Source: Acidobacteriota bacterium (GTDB lineage Bacteria; Acidobacteriota; Thermoanaerobaculia; Gp7-AA8). From it: a DNA stretch of 64,000 nucleotides. Within the stretch, counting starts at the first letter, position 1, and each line of letters starts with the position of its first letter. The notes beneath the pieces are model-generated. The model was not told the origin of the DNA. It ran no database searches and saw only the letters and a program-made list of their open reading frames with translations. Of this stretch, positions 39,227 through 49,081 are shown in pieces. The stretch covers positions 64,001 to 128,000 of the forward strand of contig JAFATB010000006.1 of NCBI GenBank assembly GCA_019244185.1, in the 5' to 3' direction. The position numbers and the translations under genes are program-made.

Positions 39227-39574
39227 TTACTTCGTTGCGCGCTGCTGGGCCATCAACGCGTGAATCTGGTTGAGGACCTGGTCGGCGCGCGGGTCGCCGG
39301 CGTCCATCAGCGCGCGATATTCGGCGCGCTTCTGGTTGAGCGCGTCACGAATCGCGTACTGCTGCGCGGAGACGTCCCTGCGTCGCAGCGTCGCTCCGCG
39401 GTGCACGCCGCTCGTTGCCGAGGTCGCAACCGAGTGCGTGTTGCCGGGCGAAGAGATGAACGGCGGCGGCGGATCGTTCGTCGTCAGCGTGTACGCCGAG
39501 GACGACGCCGCAAGGCCGAACAGCAGGCCGGCGCCGAGGGCGAGAGTGCCGAGAGTTTTCCGTGTCGTCTTCAT
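39227..39574 (-). CDS. Small secreted hypothetical protein
   Basis: Signal peptide ending ASSSA; purine-rich RBS; followed by a hairpin. Confidence 0.7.
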   Translation of the reverse strand: MKTTRKTLGTLALGAGLLFGLAASSSAYTLTTNDPPPPFISSPGNTHSVATSATSGVHRGATLRRRDVSAQQYAIRDALNQKRAEYRALMDAGDPRADQVLNQIHALMAQQRATK

Positions 39575-39682
39575 GCCCTTCTCTATCGCAACATCCAGGC
39601 CGCATTTGCTGCTGCAAAATCAATCATTTACGCGTACGGATGAGCCGCGAAACGGACAGCGTGTCGCGTCGAGGCGCCGTTC

Positions 39683-40516
39683 TCACGGCTGAGGCTGAGG
39701 TGGCGCCGGAAAGCCCATCTGCGACCACGCGTCGCCGGTGACGTTGTCGATCGACGACGCCCAGGTGATGAAGTTCGGCGACGGCGCGTCGCTGATGTTC
39801 TGCACGACGACTTGAAACGAGCCGGTCGCGGTTCCCGTGAGGCCGAACTGGCTCACCGACTGCGCGGCGACCTCGACCTCTGTCGTTTCTCCCGCGCCGG
39901 CCGGCGTGCTGCCGATGGTCGTCACGCGGAAGCGCTGCGTTGTGTCGGAGAGATTCGTGATGCCGGCGTTCATGCGGTACTGCTCGTTGCGGCGCACGCC
40001 GAAGATCCAGCGCAGCAGGCCGTTGGTCGTAACCGGCACGATCGCGGGGAACGTCTGCGACATCGTGCCGTTCGTCACCTGCGGCTCCGGCGTCCAGATG
40101 CGCGCGGTGGCGTGCAGCGCGGCGTTCGGATCGAGCTCGCCGTTCGCGTCGACGGCACGGACGTCGATCGCGCCGAGTCCCGACTGCTGCAGGATGTTCG
40201 TCACGAAATCCTCGGAGAAGAAGCCGCTCTGCGCCGGAACCGTGATCGTCACCGGCGCAATGCCGGCGCCGCTCGTGCCGAGCGGAAGCCATCGCAGTTC
40301 GACGCGCTGTTCCGCCGCGCGGAAGTTGATCACCGTGATGTCGCTGCGGAAGAACGTGCCGTTGCCGCCGGGCGTGCTGCCGGCGATCGGAATGACGATG
40401 CGGTTCGCGGACGTGCGCGGGATGATGAGGTCTTTGTCGGATGTCAACGGTGCGTGGGCTTGCGCGTGGAGCGAGGCGGCGAAGAGGAGAGCGAGAAGAG
40501 CGGTCGGGATGCGCAT
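39683..40516 (-). CDS. Secreted beta-rich hypothetical protein
   Basis: Signal peptide MRIPTALLALLFAASLHA; motifs GSTPGGNGTFFRSDI, YRMNAGITN and SSIDNVTGD. Confidence 0.75.
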   Translation of the reverse strand: MRIPTALLALLFAASLHAQAHAPLTSDKDLIIPRTSANRIVIPIAGSTPGGNGTFFRSDITVINFRAAEQRVELRWLPLGTSGAGIAPVTITVPAQSGFFSEDFVTNILQQSGLGAIDVRAVDANGELDPNAALHATARIWTPEPQVTNGTMSQTFPAIVPVTTNGLLRWIFGVRRNEQYRMNAGITNLSDTTQRFRVTTIGSTPAGAGETTEVEVAAQSVSQFGLTGTATGSFQVVVQNISDAPSPNFITWASSIDNVTGDAWSQMGFPAPPQPQP

Positions 40517-40558
40517 GCGGAACACGTAGCAACGCGCGAGCCGCGCTACACTGCGCGC

Positions 40559-41206
40559 ATGCAGAAGGTTCGCGTCGGTGTTCTCGGCTCCGGCGACGTC
40601 GGGCGCGTGCTCGCCGCCGGTTTCATCGGTCTCGGCCACGAGGTGAAGATCGGCTCGCGCGATCCGCAGAAGCTGCAGACGTGGGCGGACGCGGCGGGGA
40701 AAGCGGCATCGACCGGCACGTTCGAAGAGACCGCGCGCTTCGGCGACATCCTCGTCCTGGCGACGCTCGGCACCGCGACCGAGGACGTGATCCGCTCCGC
40801 GGGAATCGCGAACTTCGACGGCAAGGTCGTCATCGACGCCACGAACCCGCTCGACTTCAGCGCGGGCATGCCGCCGCGTCTTTTCGTCGGACACGATGAC
40901 TCGCTCGGCGAGCACGTGCAGCGTCTCGTGCCCAACGCGCGCGTCGTGAAAGCGTTCAACACCGTCGGCAACGCGCACATGATCAACCCGCGCTTCGCGG
41001 GCGGACCGCCGGACATGTTTCTGTGCGGCAATGACGACGACGCGAAGAAGATCGTCAGCCAGATCTGCGAGCACTTCGGCTGGGGCGTCGTCGACATCGG
41101 CGGCATCGAAGGCTCGCGGCTTCTCGAGCCGATGTGCCTCCTGTGGGTTCTCTACGGCGCGCGCACGGGCACGTGGAACCACGCGTTCAAGCTGCTGCGC
41201 GGTTAG
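40559..41206 (+). CDS. NADPH-dependent F420 reductase-like / NAD(P)-binding oxidoreductase
   Basis: GSGDVG, IGSRDP, VIDATNP, VVKAFNT and DIGGIEGSR motifs. Confidence 0.88.
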   Translation: MQKVRVGVLGSGDVGRVLAAGFIGLGHEVKIGSRDPQKLQTWADAAGKAASTGTFEETARFGDILVLATLGTATEDVIRSAGIANFDGKVVIDATNPLDFSAGMPPRLFVGHDDSLGEHVQRLVPNARVVKAFNTVGNAHMINPRFAGGPPDMFLCGNDDDAKKIVSQICEHFGWGVVDIGGIEGSRLLEPMCLLWVLYGARTGTWNHAFKLLRG

Positions 41207-41323
41207 GGAACCCTCTGCAAGTTCGCGGGCGCGCGGGTTACGAAACCGTTGCGCCGCACGGAACGCGGGGCAGCAAACTTGCAGCGGAGGCGGCTTCGGT
41301 GTTCATCTAGAGCTGAGGTGTCT

Positions 41324-44300
41324 ATGCGAATCGCGGTTCGTTTCGCCGTCCTTGCCGTTCTCTTCTCCCTCCTCACTCCCATCGCCAGCGCCCAGTACTT
41401 CGGCCGCAACAAGGTCCAGTGGGAGGCCTTCGACTTCAAAGTGCTCCAGACGGAACACTTCGACATCTACTACTACGACCAGGAAGCGGACGTCGTGCAG
41501 GACGTCGGGCGCATGGCCGAGCGGTGGTACGCGCGCCTCTCGCGCGTGTTCAATCATTCGTTCAAGCGCAAGCCGATCGTGCTCTACGCAAACGCAGCCG
41601 ACTTCCACCAGACTACGACCACCGGTGGTCTCATCGGCGAAGGCACGGGAGGTTTCACCGACGCGTTCATGAACCGCGTCGTGCTTCCGCTCACCGGCGA
41701 CTACGCCGAAAACGATCACGTCCTCGGCCACGAGATCGTGCACGTCTTCCAGTACGACATCGCCGCGAACGCGAACCAGAATCGCCGGCGCTTCCAGCTC
41801 GAACAACTGCCGCTGTGGCTCGTCGAAGGCATGGCCGAGTACTTCTCGAAAGGCCGCGTCGATCCGCTCACCGCGATGTGGATCCGCGACGCCACGCTCC
41901 AGAACCGCATGCCGAACCTGCGCGACCTCACGCGCGATCCGCGCTACTTCCCGTATCGCTACGGCCAGGCGCTCATGGCGTACATCGGCGCGCGCTTCGG
42001 CGACGAGGCGGTCGTGCGCTACTTCATGGCCGCGGGCATGACGGGCATCGAGGAAGGCTTCGACCGCGCGCTCGGCGTGCCGGCCAAGCAGCTCTTCACC
42101 GACTGGACCGAATCGGCGCGCGAGCTGTACAACCCGATCGTCGCCGAGCGCACCGCGCAGCTGCCCAACCTCCTCGTCGGCCGCCGTCCGGAGCCGGGCA
42201 AGAAACGCAACCGCGGCTCGTCGGAGCTGAACGTCGGCCCCGCGGTGAGTCCCGACGGCAAGTACGTCGCGTTCCTCTCCGCGCGCGAGCTCTTCTCGAT
42301 CGATCTCTTCCTCGCCGACGCGCACACCGGCCAAGTCATCCGCCGGCTCGTGTCGTCGGACCGCGACGCGCATTTCGAGTCGCTGCGCTTCATCGAGTCC
42401 GCGGGCTCGTGGTCGCCCGACAGCCGCCGCCTCGCGTTCATCACGTTCGCCAAAGGCGACAACTACCTGACCATCGTCGACGTCGAGACGCGCAAGGTCG
42501 ACACGATCCACGTGCCGGGACTCGAGGCGATCACCAACGTCGCGTGGGGACCGGACAACCGCACCATCGCCATCGCCGGCCAGACCACCGGCGTCAGCGA
42601 TCTGTTCCTCTACGACATCCAGTCGAACCAGGTGCGGCGCCTCACGGCCGACAAGTACGCGGACCTGCAGCCGGCGTGGTCGCCCGACGGCCGCACGCTC
42701 GCCTTCGTCACCGACCGCGGCACGAACACCGTGCTCGAACAGCTGCGCTTCACGCCGATGCGCCTCGCCACGATCGACATCGCGTCCGGCCAGGTGCATC
42801 TCATCGACGCCTTCCCCGCCGCGGAGCACATCAATCCGCAGTTCTCTCCGGATGGAAGCTCGCTCTATTTCATCGCCAACCCGGAAGGCATTCCGGACCT
42901 CTACCGGATCGGATTGGCGGATGGACATCTCTCCCGCCTGACGGCCGTCACGACGGGCGTCTCCGGCATCACCGAGCTCGCGCCGGCGCTCAGCGTCGCG
43001 TCGCGCAGCGGCGACATCGTCTTCTCCGTCTACGAGGGCGACAACTACAACCTCTATTCACTGCCCGCGAACGCCACCGGCACCGCGATCGCCGCCGCCG
43101 CTGCGCCGCCCGAGAACGCCGCCGCGCGCGCCGCGCTCCTGCCGCCGCTGCGGGCGACCGGCTCGGAGATCACCGGCTATCTCATGCGCCCCGAGGAAGG
43201 ACTGCCGCCGGCGTCGACGCAGTTCACGGAACGCAGCTACAGGCCCGACCTTCACCTCGCCTACCTCGGACCTCCGACGCTCGGCGTCGGCGTCGACCAG
43301 TTCGGCTCGGGCGCGAGCGGCAGCGTCAGCGCGTTCTTCAGCGACATCCTCGGCCAGCACAACGTCGGCTTCACGTTCCAGGGCGGCGGCAGCTCCGGCG
43401 GCGGCAGCATCGGCGATCAGCTCGGCGGCGAAGTCTTCTACCTGAATCAGACCCACCGCCTGAACTGGGGCGCCGACGTCACGCACATCCCGTACGTCTA
43501 CGCCAACGCCGCCTACGGCACCGGCTTCGTCCCCGGCACGAACCAGCCCGCGGACATCTATCAGGAGTTCCGCGAGACGCAACTCGTCACCGACGCCACG
43601 GGCCTCGCGCAGTATCCGTTCAGCTCCACGCGCCGCGTCGAGGCGTCCGCCGGCGTCGAACGCTATTCGTTCAAGCAGGAGACGATCACCTACTACTTCG
43701 TCGGCAACGAGATCGTCGAACGCGACCGCGAGCGGCTCCCCGGCTCGTTCGTGCTGAACCTCGGACAGGTGCAGGGCGCGTTCGTCGGCGACAGCTCGAT
43801 CTACGGCTTCATCTCGCCGATCGAAGGCACCCGCTATCGCTACGAGGTCACCGCGCTGCGCGGCGATCTCAATTTCGAGACCGCGCTAGCCGACTGGCGC
43901 CGCTACTTCTTCTTCCGTCCCGTGACGCTCGCCGTGCGCGGACTGCACTACGGCCGCTACGGCGCGGGCTCCGATGACACGCGCCTCTCGCCGCTCTACC
44001 TCGGACAAGGCTCGCTCGTGCGCGGCTACGATCCGTATTCGATCAACGCATCGGAATGCGTCGGCGCCGCCGGCACGTGCCCGGTCTTCGATCGTCTCGT
44101 CGGCACGCGTCTCCTCGCCGGCAGCGTCGAGCTCCGCGCACCGCTCCTCGGCACGCGCGAGTTCGGCCTGATCAACGCGTCGTTCCTGCCGACGGAGATC
44201 TTCGCGTTCGGCGACGTCGGCGCGGCGTGGAGCTCGGGCCAGCACGTCGACTGGCAGTTCAAGACCAACACGACCGCGCGCGTGCCGGTCGTCAGCGTCG

Positions 44301-44416
44301 GCGCGGGCCTGCGCATTCTCCTGAGCTACATCCCGCTCGAGTTCTACGCCGCGAAGCCGTTCCAGCGTCCGAACGAGGACATCATCTACGGCTTCAACAT
44401 CATCCCGGGCTGGTAG
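41324..44416 (+). CDS. Zincin-like + PD40/TolB beta-propeller + Omp85-type barrel outer-membrane protein
   Basis: Signal peptide; GHEIVH...EGMAEY; repeated WSPDG; C-terminal beta-strands with LVRGY and a terminal W. Confidence 0.85.
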   Translation: MRIAVRFAVLAVLFSLLTPIASAQYFGRNKVQWEAFDFKVLQTEHFDIYYYDQEADVVQDVGRMAERWYARLSRVFNHSFKRKPIVLYANAADFHQTTTTGGLIGEGTGGFTDAFMNRVVLPLTGDYAENDHVLGHEIVHVFQYDIAANANQNRRRFQLEQLPLWLVEGMAEYFSKGRVDPLTAMWIRDATLQNRMPNLRDLTRDPRYFPYRYGQALMAYIGARFGDEAVVRYFMAAGMTGIEEGFDRALGVPAKQLFTDWTESARELYNPIVAERTAQLPNLLVGRRPEPGKKRNRGSSELNVGPAVSPDGKYVAFLSARELFSIDLFLADAHTGQVIRRLVSSDRDAHFESLRFIESAGSWSPDSRRLAFITFAKGDNYLTIVDVETRKVDTIHVPGLEAITNVAWGPDNRTIAIAGQTTGVSDLFLYDIQSNQVRRLTADKYADLQPAWSPDGRTLAFVTDRGTNTVLEQLRFTPMRLATIDIASGQVHLIDAFPAAEHINPQFSPDGSSLYFIANPEGIPDLYRIGLADGHLSRLTAVTTGVSGITELAPALSVASRSGDIVFSVYEGDNYNLYSLPANATGTAIAAAAAPPENAAARAALLPPLRATGSEITGYLMRPEEGLPPASTQFTERSYRPDLHLAYLGPPTLGVGVDQFGSGASGSVSAFFSDILGQHNVGFTFQGGGSSGGGSIGDQLGGEVFYLNQTHRLNWGADVTHIPYVYANAAYGTGFVPGTNQPADIYQEFRETQLVTDATGLAQYPFSSTRRVEASAGVERYSFKQETITYYFVGNEIVERDRERLPGSFVLNLGQVQGAFVGDSSIYGFISPIEGTRYRYEVTALRGDLNFETALADWRRYFFFRPVTLAVRGLHYGRYGAGSDDTRLSPLYLGQGSLVRGYDPYSINASECVGAAGTCPVFDRLVGTRLLAGSVELRAPLLGTREFGLINASFLPTEIFAFGDVGAAWSSGQHVDWQFKTNTTARVPVVSVGAGLRILLSYIPLEFYAAKPFQRPNEDIIYGFNIIPGW

Positions 44417-44418
44417 CG

Positions 44419-44778
44419 TTGCCGATCTCACCGCGTGAGTTCGAGCGCCTCGTCGAAGAGGCGCTCGAACAACTCCCGCCGAGGTTCGCGGAGCTGCTCG
44501 AGAACGTGCTCGTGGTCGTCGAGGAAGAGCCGAGCGACGAAGACCTCACGCTCGTGCCGAACGAACACTCCGAGCTCCTCGGCATCTATCGCGGCGTGAT
44601 GCGCACGCGCCGCACGCACGACATGCTGCCGATGCTCCCCGATCAGATCGCGATCTTCCGCGGCCCGATCCTGCGCGTCACACGCACGCGCGGCGACGCC
44701 GTGCGGCAGATCCGCGAGACGGTCGTGCACGAGCTCGGGCACTACTTCGGGCTGCACGACGCGGACATGGCGTTCTGA
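44419..44778 (+). CDS. Minimal zincin metallopeptidase (DUF1025/Zincin_1)
   Basis: LLGIYRG, PDQIAIFRGPI and TVVHELGHYFG motifs; TTG start 2 nt after the upstream stop. Confidence 0.88.
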   Translation: MPISPREFERLVEEALEQLPPRFAELLENVLVVVEEEPSDEDLTLVPNEHSELLGIYRGVMRTRRTHDMLPMLPDQIAIFRGPILRVTRTRGDAVRQIRETVVHELGHYFGLHDADMAF

Positions 44779-44915
44779 TTTCCGACGCGCTTCCGCCACA
44801 TTTCGGGATGTGAGACTTCGGTGAACTCGCGCACGCCGTTGCGCGCGCGCGAGTTACGCGTGTGGCATCGCGGGCAGCGGCGCTGCAGCGCCGCGATGGG
44901 CGAAGGAGGCCGCCC

Positions 44916-46651
44916 ATGAAACGTCGTCTCTGGCTCATCGTCTCGCTGCTCGTCGCACTGCACGCGCTCGCGGAGGTGACGCTGCCGCGGATCGAAGGGC
45001 ACGTCGTCGGGTACGGAGGTCCGATCCCCGGCGTGACGGTGCTGCTGACCGGTCCCGGCATTCGCTACACGCGCGTGACCGATAGCAATGGGGCGTTTCG
45101 CTTTGACGCTGTGCCGCGCGGGGACTACGAGATCCGTGCGGAGTTGGAGGGTTTCGCGCGAACGAGGCGCATGGTCACCGTCGCCGTGAACGATCTCACG
45201 CTCGAGTTGTCGCTCCACGCCGAAGTCACGGAAGCCATCACGGTGACGGCACTGTCGCCGACCGCACACGATCCGTGGACGGTCCTGCGACAAGTCTCCG
45301 GAACGCGGGAGCAAACGCACGCCCGCTACGCGCACGTCGAGGAGCACGCGTATCTCGACGCGTCGAAGCAGCGCACGACGACGTTCTCCATCGACGTCGA
45401 TCGCGCCTCGTACGCGAACGTCCGCGGCTTGCTCCAAAGCGGCTACGACGTTCCGCCCGATGCCGTGCGCGTCGAGGAGATGATCAACTACTTTACTTAC
45501 GACTATCCGCGGCCGTCCGACGGCATCCCGTTCAGCATCACCACCGAGATCGCCGGCTGTCCGTGGAATCCGGCGAACCGCCTGCTGCGCATCGGCGTGC
45601 AGGGGCGCGCGCTGCAGGAAGCGGACATGGCGCCGAACCAGCTCGTGTTCCTCGTCGACGTCTCGGGATCGATGGACGAGTCGAACCGGCTGCCGCTGAT
45701 CCAGAGCGCACTGCGGCTGCTCGTCGCGCGGCTGCGCGCGGAAGACCGCGTCGCGATCGTCGTCTACGCGGGAGAAGAAGGCCTCGCGCTGCCGTCGACG
45801 TCGGGCGCGGACAAAAGCGCGATCCTCGCCGCGATCGACAACCTCTCGGCGGGTGGTTCCACGGCCGGCGGCGCGGGGATCGAGCTCGCGTACAAGATCG
45901 CGCAGCAGAACCTCATCCCCGACGGCAACAACCGCGTGATCCTCGCCACCGACGGCGACTTCAACGTCGGTCCGGCCAGCGCGTCCGAGCTCGAAGAGCT
46001 GATCGCCAGGAAACGCAAGTCCGGCATCTTCCTCTCCGTCGTCGGCGTCGGCGAACAAAACGACGCGGCGCTCGAGACACTCGCGGACAAGGCGACGGCA
46101 ACTACGCGTATCTCGACTCACTGAAAGAAGCAGAGAAGGTCTTCACGCGCGAGCTCACGAGCACGCTCGTGACGATCGCGAAAGACGTGAAGGTGCAGCT
46201 CGCGTTCGATCCCGCGCGCGTGGCGTCGTACCGGCAGATCGGCTACGAGAACCGCGCGCTCGCGAACGAGGACTTCGACAACGACGAAGTCGATGCGGGC
46301 GAGCTCGGCGCCGGCGACTCGGTCACGGTGCTCTACGAGGTTGTCCCGCGCGGCGACGCGCGCGGCGGCACGCTGTCGACGCTGAAGGTGCGCTACAAGG
46401 AGCCGCACGCGTGGCGCAGCCGGCTCGTCACCGCCGAGGCGGTGGATGAAGGGAAGAGCGCGTACGAGGCGTCGGTGGACTTGCAGTTCGCCGCGTCCGT
46501 CGCGGAGTTCGGCCTCCTGCTGCGCGACTCGCCGAACAAGGAGAGCGCGAGCTACGACGACGCGCTGCACCTCGCGCGCGTGTCGCAGGGCGCGGACCTC
46601 GACGGCATGCGCGGCGAGTTCCTGGCGCTGCTCGACAAGGCGAAACGATGA
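44916..46651 (+). pseudogene. YfbK-like VWA domain protein (CarboxypepD-reg + vWF_A + VWA + DUF3520), frameshifted near 46091
   Basis: TFSIDVDRASY, DVSGSM MIDAS and ATDGDFNVG in ORF ..46124; GNYAYLD...TIAKDVKVQ...IGYENR continues in ORF ..46651. Confidence 0.8.
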
Positions 46652-46652
46652 G

Positions 46653-47423
46653 CTACTTGATCGCGATCAGCTCGATGTCGAAGACGAGCGTGCCGTGCGG
46701 CTTCCCGGGCTCGTTGCCGTACGCGAGATTGCCCGGAATCCAGAGCCGCGCCTGCTCGCCCGGCGTCATCAGCTGCAAGCCCTCGATCCAGCCTTTGATG
46801 ACGCCCCCGAGCGGAAACGTCGCCGGCTCGCCGCGCACGACCGAGCTGTCGAACATCCGCCCGTCGGTCGTCCAGCCGGTGTAGTGCACGACGACCGTGT
46901 CTTTGCGCTTCGGGTGCTGCGTGCCGTCGCCGGGACGCAGCACTTTGTACGCGAGGCCCGACGGCGTCTTGATCGCCCCTTCGGACGGCGCGGCGACGTC
47001 GGCCGGCGTCTGCGGCGGATGCACGATCTCGACGAGCTCCGTGTCGAACACGAGACCGTTGTCGACTTTGCCGCCGGTGAGCGCGCCGGGCACCCACGCC
47101 CGCTGCCGCTCGCCGACGACCATCCCGCGCACCGCTTCACCCCAGCCCGGAATCATCTTCGGAACGCCGATGAGGAGCGACTGCGGCTCGACGACGTTCT
47201 GCACCAGCGAGCCGTCGGACTTCCACACCGTGTAGCGCACGCGCACGAGATCGTCCGCCGCCGGCTTCTCGGTTCCCGTCCCCGGCGCGAGCCTCTTCGT
47301 CACGAGCCCGTCCGCCGCCTTCTCCGCGTCGGCGGGAGGCGCGGTGAGATCGGCAGGAGGCGCGGGCTTGTCGGCGGCGGCGAGGGAGAGGGCCACGAGA
47401 AGAATCGGAAGGAGTCGTTTCAT
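46653..47423 (-). CDS. Periplasmic double-domain FKBP peptidyl-prolyl isomerase
   Basis: Signal peptide; VHYTGWTTDGRMFDSS, VIKGWIEG and LVFDIEL; second degenerate FKBP domain. Confidence 0.92.
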   Translation of the reverse strand: MKRLLPILLVALSLAAADKPAPPADLTAPPADAEKAADGLVTKRLAPGTGTEKPAADDLVRVRYTVWKSDGSLVQNVVEPQSLLIGVPKMIPGWGEAVRGMVVGERQRAWVPGALTGGKVDNGLVFDTELVEIVHPPQTPADVAAPSEGAIKTPSGLAYKVLRPGDGTQHPKRKDTVVVHYTGWTTDGRMFDSSVVRGEPATFPLGGVIKGWIEGLQLMTPGEQARLWIPGNLAYGNEPGKPHGTLVFDIELIAIK

Positions 47424-47552
47424 CGCGGCGGCATTCTAATTCTGCTCTGTCTTCGTGACGATCCCGGCCGTGCGCTTCAGCCTCGCGTCGTTGAAAGCGA
47501 CGGAAGGTTCTGACAGTGAGTCCTTCGTGTGCGCTTATTAATGACTGCTGAT

Positions 47553-47829
47553 CTTCAATTTCAAGCTACCGAACTTCAAATTGAAGTTGCCGACGTTCAA
47601 TTCGAAGCTGTCGACCTTCAACTTTGAAGCTACCGGCCTTCAATTCGAAGCTGCCGACCTTCAACGTTGAATCTACCGGCCTTCAATTCGAAGCTGTCGA
47701 CCTTCAATTTTGAATCTGCCGGCCTTCAATTCGATGCGACCGACCTTCAACTTTGAATCTACCGTCCTTCAATTCGAAGCTGTCGACCTTCAATTCGAAG
47801 CGACCGACCATCGATTTGAAGCGACGAAC
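47553..47829. repeat. Tandem array of 13 units of 21/22 bp with a palindromic CTTCAA-N1-2-T(T/C)GAA core
   Basis: Consensus cttcaattcgaagctgtcgac; unit lengths 21,21,21,22,21,22,21,22,21,22,21,21,21; AT-richer than the flanks. Confidence 0.9.
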
Positions 47830-47946
47830 CGTCCGCAGTTGCAACTTCGTCGATCGCTCTCACCTACTCTAACGTTGCGGAGAAACGTGCGCCGGCCGAG
47901 CCGGCGTGGTCCGTGCTGGCGTGGTCGCCGCGGAACGGCATCGAGA

Positions 47947-48056
47947 CAGCCGCACGTGCAGCCTGGTTAGGCCCTGAGCGCAGCCGGCCGCGCCGGCCAG
48001 CCGCACGTGCAGCTTGGCTATGCCCTGAGCGGAGCCGGCCGCGCCGGCCCGGCTAC
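47947..48056. repeat. Two tandem ~51-bp copies related to one arm of the 10361 palindrome
   Basis: cagccgcacgtgcagc(c/t)tgg(t/c)ta(g/t)gccctgagcg(c/g)agccggccgcgccggc x2, ending ggCTAC. Confidence 0.8.
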
Positions 48057-49060
48057 TGCACGAGCACGATCTTCTCCGCCAGCTCGTACCGCTCGTTCGC
48101 GAGCGTGTCCGTCACCGCGACGCGCAACAGATAGTCGCCGGGCGGGACGCGGCTCACGTCGACAGTGGTGCCGACGCCGAAGTGGCCCTGCACGCCTTTG
48201 AGCGCGATCGGCTCGATCGTCCCGGTCAGGCCGCGCAGCGATTTGCCTTCCGACTCGAGCGTGACGTTCGCGGTGAGCTTCGGCGCGCCGCTCGCGTCGA
48301 CCTGCGGGTTCTGCGCTTCGAAGAAGATCCACAGCTCGTCGCTGCCCTTGTGAAACGTCCGGTCGGCTTTCGGCAGGACTTTGATGCCGCCGAACGCGAA
48401 CGGATCGTCCGCGAGCTGCGGCTTCGCGAGCGGAAACACGGCATTCGACACGATGAGACGCGAGACGCGGCGCGTGGTCCGCTGCAACGGATTGAGCAGC
48501 ATCGGCATCGATGCCATGGCGACCGGCGCGTCTTTGATCGCGAGGCCGAACGTCGCGTTGCGATTGCCCGGCGTCAGCGGAAACGAGCGCTCGTAATACC
48601 AGCCGCCGTCGCCGGCCTTCGTCAGCACGACCGGCTCCTCGCGCGACCACGCCACGCCGTGGCCGCTCGCATCGGCGCCCGCGTCGAGCGCGCCGAAGAA
48701 GGTGACCTTGCCGTCCGCCGGAATCGCGACGTCCGACGACGGCGCGAAATGCATGGCGACGTAGTACTGCCCTTTCGCCGTGATGAACTCGCCGAATGCG
48801 ACGTGCAGCGGCGCGACCTTGTAGTCGGCGTGCTGCAAATCCGCGATCGCTTCTTTCAGCCGCGCGCTGCGCAGCGGATGCTCCGCGGCCGACGCCTCGC
48901 TGAGGCGCATCGCCACGAGCTCGTCGTTCGCACGCTGAATCTCGCGCTCGCCGATCGCGTGCGCATCGCCCGGCGCGCCGCGCGGGTCGCGGTCGCGTTG
49001 GGCGAAGAGCGGGAGCGCCGCGAGGAGAAGCAGCGAGGTGGCAAGACTCAGTGCGCGCAT
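48053..49060 (-). CDS. Secreted hypothetical protein with Ig-like C-terminal domains
   Basis: Signal peptide MRALSLATSLLLLAALPLFA; C-terminal PPGDYLLRVAVTD motif. Confidence 0.75.
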   Translation of the reverse strand: MRALSLATSLLLLAALPLFAQRDRDPRGAPGDAHAIGEREIQRANDELVAMRLSEASAAEHPLRSARLKEAIADLQHADYKVAPLHVAFGEFITAKGQYYVAMHFAPSSDVAIPADGKVTFFGALDAGADASGHGVAWSREEPVVLTKAGDGGWYYERSFPLTPGNRNATFGLAIKDAPVAMASMPMLLNPLQRTTRRVSRLIVSNAVFPLAKPQLADDPFAFGGIKVLPKADRTFHKGSDELWIFFEAQNPQVDASGAPKLTANVTLESEGKSLRGLTGTIEPIALKGVQGHFGVGTTVDVSRVPPGDYLLRVAVTDTLANERYELAEKIVLVQ

Positions 49061-49081
49061 GAGCGCACCGAGTCTACGCCC

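Noticed and set aside
47553-47829. CRISPR array
   Set aside because: The period is only 21-22 bp, the variable segments are ~8 bp and similar to each other, and no cas genes are present
47710-47970. 86-aa ORF across the repeat array
   Set aside because: Starts mid-array on a TTG with no SD and shifts repeat register; likely a by-product of the repeats
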